Positions 37,130-45,435 of a stretch of 45,435 nucleotides of DNA are shown here, piece after piece. Each line of letters begins with the position of its first letter. The first letter of the stretch is position 1. A program made the translations under genes and the position numbers. A model generated the notes under the pieces. It did not search any database and was not told the DNA's origin. It worked only from the letters and a program-made list of their open reading frames with translations. Origin of the DNA: Octopus bimaculoides (taxonomy: Eukaryota); assembly GCF_001194135.2 (NCBI RefSeq), contig NC_068983.1, positions 156,136,869 to 156,182,303 on the forward strand, written 5' to 3'.

Positions 37130-37330
37130 TTATTTATACATATACATATATATTTGTTTCCGTCTATTCAAACGGTCCCTTGCACGCACAACACTCGTAC
37201 AACATGCTTCCATCTCTTTTGGAACGTACACTCTGACAGACATCTCTTCTCCAGCCACACCTTCGTTTTGAAATGAAGTTTTTTGGCAAACTCGAGAATT
37301 CTTCTAGTGAAAGTTATGACGAGTTTTCAG
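37130..37330 (-). mobile_element. Possible very old mariner C-terminal relic
   Basis: Weak similarity: KVWLEK...RWKHVVRV..KGPFE* resembles VxxWL...RWxKCVxxxGxYFE*. Confidence 0.25.
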
Positions 37331-37610
37331 ACACATATCCTCACCAGACAACATTTCAACAGGAGAAACAAACATTTGTGTTCCAACGGTAGTCTCCTCG
37401 CTAGACGACATTCTTCTCCGCAACGGGGGAATGAACAACGCATGCTTTCTACAAGCACTTAGTGTTTTCAAATGAAAACTCGAACAGTTAAGAAATTCAA
37501 CAATTCAACAAGTAACTGCAGTTATTAGCACTATTAACCCTAAGAAACAGTAATTTTTACCACGAACACATGTGCGACGCGTAAGAAACAAAAGAGACAG
37601 ACGAAATACC

Positions 37611-37881
37611 AATTTCTTTATTGCACACAGGGGGCCAAACATAGAATGGTACAAAACAACTGATTGGGATCAGTAATGCGAATGGTTTACATAAAATATG
37701 ACTTTAAAAATTTTATAAAATATAAAAAAAATCGAATGATATTANNNNNNNNNNCGTCTTCCATACTATCTCTTTCGCTATTGCTACAACCGTGAGAAAA
37801 TAATTCTTACCTTCGTTTGTTAAAACTCCCGGTGGGTCAATTTTTATAATTGACTCAGTCGACAGCTGTACTCGTCCTTCG
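37611..37881 (-). mobile_element. 5'-truncated LINE 3' fragment (L1/Tx1-like ORF2 C-terminus plus 3' tail) inserted into a SINE head
   Basis: EGRVQLSTESIIKIDPPGVLTNEGKNYFLTVVAIAKEIVWKT, then a tail ttctatgtttggccccctgtgtgcaataaagaaat homologous to SINE tail C at 1130-1180. Flanked by ggt/ggt. The clade assignment is an inference. Confidence 0.55.
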
Positions 37882-37933
37882 ACCGCTAAGCATTTCGCCC
37901 GGCATGCTAACGTTTCCACCAGCTTACCGCCTT
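37882..37933 (-). mobile_element. SINE family 1 head (continues at 37590-37610 beyond the insertion)
   Basis: aaggcggtaagctggtggaaacgttagcatgccgggcgaaatgcttagcggt, then after the insertion ggtatttcgtctgtc. Confidence 0.8.
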
Positions 37934-38169
37934 GCCAATGATAATTAACACAAAAATAAGCTAAGAATGAACGTTAGCGTGGATTTTGACAAAAACGATA
38001 CACATCCTAGATCGTATGCGCTTGCGCGAGATTTGTGAGTGAGTATGCAACACTGTTTAGCAAAGAAGAAGCCCTATACAACTGTAATATTAATGTGGTC
38101 AGTTGCGATTTTGAAGTACAGAACGCTGTTTGATATCTTTTCTAGTACGTTGAAAAGACCTTTAATTTT

Positions 38170-38343
38170 GGGAAAGCCGGGGTTAGTCGATTTCACCGAG
38201 CCAGTGTTCGGCTGATATTTATTTTATTGACTCTTAAAGAACAAAAGATAGAATCGATCACGGCGGAATTTGAACCGAGGACGTAAAGATGGACGGAATA
38301 CTGAATTTATTCGGGAGCGTTAGCAATCTTGACAGCTCGCCGC
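38170..38343 (-). mobile_element. SINE family 1 monomer (old)
   Basis: Reverse strand reads gcggcgagctgtcaagattgctaacg...ggttcaaattccgccgtgatcgat. Confidence 0.75.
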
Positions 38344-38820
38344 GTTTGAACGCAGTTCCTCATCAAAAGAGAAGTGTCCGAAACAGTATAGTTATTGTGT
38401 CAATTACCTCTAACTATCTACGACCTCCTATGTAGTATTCCATAAACAGGGCGGAATGTCATTTGCATATATATTTTCTTTATGTATGAAACAACTATAT
38501 CAAATCTAATTCATGCCAAAATGACATTTGCACGTCAACTTCATCGGTTGTATCATTAACTTCCTCCCTATATCTCATATCACCATAGCTCTCTACACCT
38601 GTCTCCGAATCAGAACATGTATATGCTACATATTTCTTCTGTTTTAGAGAGCTAATATAACATTTCCTTATATATCTCTATAACTAAAATATTATTAAAT
38701 CTTAATCATTATTTTACTTGTGCAGCCTTTTTGTTCTCTTTGACATCTGACATATATGCAAGTCATATGTAGATAAAAATAGACATACACACACAAATGC
38801 ATAAACAGAGATACATATAT

Positions 38821-38858
<38 letters not shown>

Positions 38859-38946
38859 GGGAGAATATACAAAAAATAACAACAGACGAGGACAGGTGGT
38901 GTAAATAACAAAAGTATATATTAGTATGACGCTCGGGAATACGGAA

Positions 38947-38986
38947 AGTCTTTGACGTTTCGAGCTACGCTCTTCAACAGAAAGAA
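38947..38986 (-). ncRNA. Minimal hammerhead-like motif with variant core, probably from a PLE terminal repeat
   Basis: Minus strand: tcttt-CTGTTGA-a-GAG cgtag CTC-GAAA-CGTC-aaaga. Stem I tcttt/aaaga, 3-bp stem II, palindromic ACGT stem III and a GUC triplet. Confidence 0.45.
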
Positions 38987-39329
38987 TACGGAGACNNNNN
39001 NNNNNNNNNNNNNNNNNNNNNNNNNNNNNNNNNNNNNNNNNNNNNNNNNNNNNNNNNNNNNNNNNNNNNNNNNNNNNNNNNNNNNNNNNNNNNNNNNNNN
39101 NNNNNNNNNNNNNNNNNNNNNNNNNNNNNNNNNNNNNNNNNNNNNNNNNNNNNNNNNNNNNNNNNNNNNNNNNNNNNNNNNNNNNNNNNNNNNNNNNNNN
39201 NNNNNNNNNNNNNNNNNNNNNNNNNNNNNNNNNNNNNNNNNNNNNNNNNNNNNNNNNNNNNNNNNNNNNNNNNNNNNNNNNNNNNNNNNNNNNNNNNNNN
39301 NNNNNNNNNNNNNNNNNNNNNNNNNNNNN

Positions 39330-39376
<47 letters not shown>

Positions 39377-40873
39377 ATACGTGAATATATTTACACACAT
39401 ATGGGGAGCGAAGGGTTGTATTAATATTAGATTACCAACAGGCAAATCTACAAAGGTACATACATAGATAAAATAGCACCATATATATACAGGTGTATGT
39501 GTGTGTCTGTGCATATGCGTACTGTCTATGTATATATGCATGCATGCATGTATATATGTGTGTGTGCACTGGTGAAATGTGTATATAACCAGAATATATT
39601 ATATAAGGAGAAAAGATAGTCTCACTTTCTTTTTTATAATATATGTAGCTTATGCATAATGCATCTGTATATGTATTCATGCATATGAACGTCAGCCTGT
39701 TTTTTTTAAATGTTTTGTTTGTATGTGAGTGTGTGTAAGTATGTGTGTGTGTGTGCATTTGTGTGAGCGTGTGAATGTGTGTGTGTATCAATGCACATAT
39801 CATAAATGATTAAAATTTTGGTAAAAGAGCTGGAGGAAAAAAAAGTCAAAAATTTCATTTCTAAGTTTATATTATAAAATTGCATATTAGGCACTTCCTC
39901 TCTCTCTTTCCTCTTAAATATATATATATATATATATATAGATAGATAGATATATCATAGATAGATACATACATACATACAGTGATAGATAGATAGCTAT
40001 ACAGAGAGTAGGGAGAGAGGGAGAGGCATAAAAACGTAAATGAACACGCCCATATCTACGTAAAAACTAATTATATATTTGTGCTTATATCTGCATATAT
40101 ACATACTTATATATGTGTGTGTGTATGCATGTATGTAAGTTTGTGTATATATGAATAAACATATACATATATATATTTATATATACATACATGCAAATAT
40201 ATACATCTTTCCATAGACGTGTGAATGTGTATACGAGTACGTGTTAACGTCCTTACGTTGAAGTTTATGCATGCATTCTTCATCTGAAACCCTTGCATTT
40301 CATTATTAAGTTTTTCAATACCTAAATCGTCCAGCTGTATTAAAAATTTCTTTCATATTTCTTTATCTTCCATTCTTCTGTTGCTTTACGATGGAACATC
40401 TCTAATTATAGAGATCCAATCATTTACACCCAGCAGCAACTCCAAAATATTTCTTTACTTTTGAAACTCTCACATCAATATATATTTGATAAAGAACAAT
40501 TATCCATACATTTAGAAAATAGTTTTTTCTTTCTTCTCTCAAAACTTACTCAGTTTTTTTTTCAACATAGATTCGGTACTTACACATCGATATATAACGT
40601 GGAAATTTTTCGAAACGATATATATATATATATATATATATAAAATACACATTCGCACACACATACACAAACACACCGATATAGGTATCTNNNNNNNNNN
40701 NNNNNNNNNNNNNNNNNNNNNNNNNNNNNNNNNNNNNNNNNNNNNNNNNNNNNNATATATATATATATATGTAGATATGCATATGAACATAATTATATAT
40801 AAATATATATGTATATATGTGTCTGTGTATGTGTGTATGTGCGCACGTTTATAAATACACACACACAACAGAC

Positions 40874-40919
<46 letters not shown>

Positions 40920-40969
40920 CAAATATTTTGCTTTTATATTACACATATTCATGTTTATATGGCAGAATC

Positions 40970-41180
40970 GTAAGGCGACGAACTGACACAATCATTAGCA
41001 GGCTGGTAGAAATGCTTGGCACCATTTCATACATCTTTACATTCTGCGTTGATATTCCGTCGGGATAGACTTTAGCTTCCATCCATTGGGGGGTCGATGA
41101 AATAAGTACAATTTGAGCATTGGATCGATTTAACCAACTTAGCCCTTTCCCCACAACCCTCTACCAAAATTTGAAACCAA
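40970..41180 (+). mobile_element. SINE family 1 monomer (tail type B)
   Basis: aaggcgacgaactgacacaatcattagc...ggggtcgatgaaataagtac...ctaccaaaatttgaaaccaat. Confidence 0.8.
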
Positions 41181-41274
41181 TAATATACATAAAACATAAT
41201 ATGTGTTTGTTTATAGTGCATAAGGTACGTATGTACTTGCGTACCTACATACACAGCACACACACTTGCACAGA

Positions 41275-41319
<45 letters not shown>

Positions 41320-41540
41320 CGAGGGATGCTTAAAATTTCCTGATTTTAAGGTTATCGCGAAAGGTCTGTTAGGAGGCCCAAACTTCGGAGTTCCTTTAGC
41401 GCGCTTAGAACAACCAAAGTGTGTAAATCTTAGAGGGGAGTATATTGAATAAAATCATAATTGACTAATTCTTCTGTATTTACTTTTATCCATTCCTTTA
41501 TAATTGTCTTTATACATAATGAACTTTTTTGCTTACCATT
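41320..41540 (+). mobile_element. mariner-derived MITE inserted at the end of a (TA)n run
   Basis: TA|cgagggatgcttaaaatttcctg TIR; internal KCVNLRGEYIE*; homologous to 24655-24962. The right TIR is decayed. Confidence 0.75.
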
Positions 41541-41721
41541 GATTTAATCATAAACCTGATGTATTTTTTATAGACTCATTTGCTATGAATGCACTCTCAT
41601 ACGAGCACTTTTAAATTGTCACATCTATAAAGTCTCTCTCCTTTGAAATACCAAGTGTTGCTATAGTTAATAAAAAAAATTAACTTACTTATAAAAGAAA
41701 AGACAAGTAATACCTCACTTT

Positions 41722-41796
41722 ATGAGGATCTGCTTTGCGAGACACGGGATTACGAGTTTTGTTTCTCAAGCACAAGATCCATATTTTGAATTATGT
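41722..41796 (+). CDS. Candidate first exon with a histidine-phosphatase-like RHG motif (MRICFARHGITS...)
   Basis: ATG, 25 open codons, then gtaagt donor. The pattern hydrophobic-RHG-x-T is short enough to arise by chance. Confidence 0.15.
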
Positions 41797-42548
41797 GTAA
41801 GTTTCTACTACCATAACAAATGCTTCTGCATGTCACCGAGAAATTTACAAAGAACAAAAAAAAAACTTCTAAGGAGACAAATCTAGACTTGTTTTTTAAA
41901 AAGAATCTGCAAATCCATCTGCGAGTGCCTACGAATCGGTGATCGCGTGTCTAGTGCGAGTGAAAATGGTTCAGAAAACTACTACAACAATAATTTTTTT
42001 TCTTTTTTTTTTTTGATAAATGATCTTCACATTTTTCTCTTTGTACAAAATATTCTTCACATTGTATTGTTGTTTTATTGCCATTAATTTACGAGTATTA
42101 CAAATTTTATCAGTAAAATATTTTTCTGGTAACGAATTACGTTTTATATTATTGGGAATTATTGCTCTGCTTTACGAGTTTTCGCTTTACGAACGGAGAC
42201 TGTGAATAAAGTAACTTTTATATCGAGGCATTACAGTATATTGATACATACGCATGCGCTTACATCCGTTCTTACACGAGCACACACACACTAACACACA
42301 CGCAAATGTTTGTGTTAAGTGTGTATATATACGTGGTTACATATAAGGTTAATGCACAATATATGAATGTAGCTGATCCGGTGATACTCATAAAAATGCT
42401 CCTGAAATGGATCAGACAACAAACCTCATAGTAGACCAAGACAAAACAAAGCGATGTAATATATAATCCGACGCAGTTGCAGTTCACAAAACCGAATTGG
42501 TAATGGCTATTCCATTGGGAGTGTATAGAATATACTTCTACACTCCTA

Positions 42549-42598
<50 letters not shown>

Positions 42599-43076
42599 TT
42601 TTTATAGTTAAATGTATGTATATGTATTTGCATACATATTTTGTTTTAATGAAAATAGACACTTATATTTAAAAAATACATGTTCAAGCATACACACATA
42701 TATGTACAAGTGTATGTAAATATAGGTATATGTATATATGAAAATATATAGACATATATGAGTATACATATACGTATATGTATGCCTATATATGTATGCA
42801 TGTATGTAAGCACGTTTGTTGTTCGTTTATTTCTGTGTGTTGAAAAGAGGCGATCCTATAATGTGCGCAAAATTTGCTGGTTATTCGTGTAACTCACTAT
42901 ATCTACAAACATTAAAACCAAGTAAGGACACAACGGTATACAACAAAAATTACAACCAGTAATATACAGGAATACTGGCAATTCGAAATTGTATTGGGAC
43001 TGCCTTCAACTGTAGGTCATACCTCTCTCGCGCTCTCTCTCACTCTGACCTAATCTTGAATAACCTCAACAACCTA

Positions 43077-43173
43077 TTCTTCTTCTTCTTCTTCTTCTTC
43101 TTCTTCTTCTTCTTCTTCTTCTTCTTCTTCTTCTTCTTCTTCTTCTCCTCCTCCTCCTCCTCCTCCTCCTCCA
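43077..43173. repeat. (CTT)n(CCT)n polypyrimidine tract (H-DNA potential)
   Basis: Directly visible. Confidence 0.95.
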
Positions 43174-43224
43174 CCCTCTCTACTCCTCCTGTTCTTTCTT
43201 CCACACTCTTCTTCTGATTTTCTA

Positions 43225-43660
43225 GGCGAGCTGGAAGAATCCTTAGCATGCCTGAGACAACATGCTAGAGGCATACCTTCTGGCAATTTACGTTTAAAAG
43301 TTCAAATTTCGCCGAGGCCGACCTTCATCCTTTGGCGAAAATAAACACTAGTTGAGCATTCGGGTCCATGTAATCGACTTCACTTGAATTTCTGGTTTCA
43401 CAATTTGATGCATCTATTCATTGTTATTAATGGGATGCTGATCTCGAAGAATCAGTAGAGCGTCGTGGTGATTGCTTTGCAGTATTAGTTGCGCTTATTT
43501 ATGTTCTGAGCTCAAATTTCACTGGGTTCAACTTCGGAGTGATAGAAACTGGATGAGATATTTAACCGAGTAAAGCGACACCAATACTTCGCCGGTACTG
43601 TATTTTATCGTCCACGAAAAGAAGGGAGACAAAATTTTCCACGATAGTTTTGAACTCAGG
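43225..43660. mobile_element. Cluster of decayed SINE family 1 fragments (two +, one -)
   Basis: ggcgagctggaagaatccttagc...gttcaaatttcgccgagg (43225-43410, +); agaatcagtagagcgtc...tctgagctcaaattt (43445-43545, +); ggtactgtattttatcg...tttgaactcag (43580-43660, -). Confidence 0.65.
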
Positions 43661-43892
43661 GTGGCTAAGTTTATAACTAAAACCATTTTTCCCATGCTCT
43701 TTAGAGATTACATGGTAATTTTTCCGATGCTCAAGCACTGTGCATCATAGACCGGGCACATTTGTTATAAAGGACTGGGCAGCTTCTTTTTAAAAGTGTA
43801 CTTAGATGAATAAGAATTCTGGTTTGTCATGCATTATACATTACTGGTACCGAAAATACCCAAACCAATTCTACAACAATTCAAATAATATT

Positions 43893-44308
43893 GGTTTCAA
43901 GTTTTGGTGCAAGGCTAACTGGTTTGGGGAAGGAGGTAAGTCGATTATATCGGACTCGGTTTGCAACCGGTACTTATTTTATCGACCCTGAAAGGGGTGA
44001 AAAGGCAAAATTGACCTCAACAGAATTTAAACTGAGAACAGGAAAAACCGACGAAATGAGCTAAGCGTTTAACCCAACGTACTGCCGATTCTTTCTTTTC
44101 TACTATCGCACAAGGCCTAGAATTTTGCAGGAGAGGACCAGTTGATTACATCGAACTCGGTGCATCACTGGTACTTAATTCATCAACCCCGAAAGGATTA
44201 TAGACAAAGTCGACCCCGGTGGCATTTGAACTCAGAACGTAAAAACAGGCGAAATACCGCTGAAGCATTTTATCCGGCATGCTAACGACTCTGACAGCTC
44301 GCCGCCTT
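43893..44308 (-). mobile_element. Head-to-tail SINE family 1 dimer (tail A monomer plus tail B monomer) flanked by an 18-bp TSD
   Basis: aacaattcaaataatatt occurs at 43875-43892 and 44309-44326. The monomer junction is at 44092/44093. Confidence 0.9.
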
Positions 44309-44551
44309 AACAATTCAAATAATATTACAATAAACCTCATAAATTATCCGATTTTCCTTCATGCGCTCCTCCAGATGTCTTTAAATAAATTTTTTAACAT
44401 TAAATTAGGACTTAAACATATATCCCGAGAGATAACCGCTCTGCCTTAGTGGAGTAAATCCCGTTTCTAGTGAGAAATTTATTCATGTGTTTGTTGTTTT
44501 ATATCAACTAACTGGAATACTTTCTTTACCAGACTATACAGAAAATAACCA

Positions 44552-44599
44552 CAGTGCACGCACTGCGAGACTATTGATAGCAATCTATCAATAGTCTCG
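44552..44599. repeat. Two abutting perfect hairpins (6-bp stem/2-nt loop; 15-bp stem/4-nt loop)
   Basis: cagtgc-ac-gcactg followed directly by cgagactattgatag-caat-ctatcaatagtctcg. Confidence 0.9.
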
Positions 44600-45099
44600 G
44601 TTCAAGTAGGATTATTCGATAATATTACTCATTTTTAGCTTTCTACTTTACACTGAATATATGTTTGCCAATTAGCTGCTTTTCTACAATTCATTTTCTT
44701 TGATATTTACTTATTTCGTTTCTAGATGCTAAGTTTCCATTATTTTGTGAGTGATAATAATGTCATTTTGGTTGTTATCCCTATGTTTTAATTAGATTTA
44801 GTATACTGATTATAATTTGCGTTGTATTCAGCTAGGTCACCTTCAAGAATATGTTTTGCGGGTAAAATCTATAATTAATTCCGTTCTTGACGGAATTGCT
44901 TCACCTGAGATGGAATTTTTTTTAATTTGTGAAAGTAGTTATATTTTATTCTATATGTATGGGTTTTGCCATAATACTTAGTAATCGAATTCAGAGGAAC
45001 CGAGTTATTATTAGCCACGTGGCTTTGATGCCTAGATGTGCAGAGGAGAACACAAAGTTTATAGAGGATTTGTTACTTTTAACTTACTGATTTTTATAG

Positions 45100-45260
45100 G
45101 GATAAACATTGCAGATGTTTGAAATATTGGTTGTGATGCTATTGAACCATTACCTCTCTCATCTGTAGTAATTTTGCATCAAGGTGTGTTGCGTCTAAGC
45201 CTGCAGGCTTTATCGTTTAAATATATTGACACAGTTTCATGTAAGAGCAGTAACGCTGAG
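45100..45260 (+). other. Candidate exon, probably non-coding
   Basis: Branch-like tactgat, then tttttatag acceptor and GAG|gtgagt donor. Stops occur in all three frames unless the internal ctgcag acceptor is used (ALSFKYIDTVSCKSSNAE). Confidence 0.25.
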
Positions 45261-45435
45261 GTGAGTTAATCTAAACTTTCGCAAGTGCTTTTGTCTACGT
45301 ATGTCATTAAGTACCCAACATATTCTTTTGGCCTTTATAAAGATATTACTATATCCAGGGGACATTCTTGGTAAATTTGCGCCTTACTACTTACTGTTTC
45401 ACATACAAATTATGTATTGCTAGCCGGTGGAAGTT

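Noticed and set aside
4023-42487. Numerous YIYI/THTH/CVCV/ERER ORFs
   Set aside because: These are translations of (TA)n, (CA)n, (TACA)n and (GA)n repeats, which lack stop codons in some frames.
1-45435. CRISPR arrays, prokaryotic operons, rRNA or intact tRNA genes
   Set aside because: No regularly spaced repeat-spacer array, no gene-dense coding DNA and no intact cloverleaf or rRNA segment was found; the sequence is eukaryotic repeat-rich DNA.

Overview
This is an AT-rich, gappy eukaryotic draft-assembly window; most N runs sit next to (TA)n or (CA)n microsatellites. The SINE and LINE repertoire and repeat style suggest an octopus (coleoid cephalopod) genome, which is an inference from family resemblance and not from a database search. 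No intact, recognisable host gene is visible, and most listed ORFs are microsatellite or N-gap artefacts. The window is mainly a transposon graveyard. It holds two Penelope-like elements (PLEs), fragments of RTE, CR1/L2-group, R4/Dong-type (RLE) and L1/Tx1-like LINEs, a Helitron helicase relic and mariner relics with derived MITEs. It also holds three long inverted-repeat (foldback/MITE) elements, many tRNA-derived SINEs (some with clean TSDs) and two decayed tRNA-like copies. The most unusual observations are: (i) a PLE whose GIY and YIG motifs are separated by about 200 codons of repetitive S/T/D-rich sequence, into which a TTAGGG-carrying MITE later inserted, with a hammerhead-like motif in its 3' region; (ii) a LINE 3' fragment inserted into a SINE head that shares its 3' tail with that SINE family, plus recurrent head-to-tail SINE dimers; (iii) a 98% perfect 156-bp hairpin and a 420-bp-arm foldback element with an 8-bp TSD. 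Several isolated exon-like segments, including a signal-peptide-like exon and a 20-nt microexon, are reported only as low-confidence candidates.
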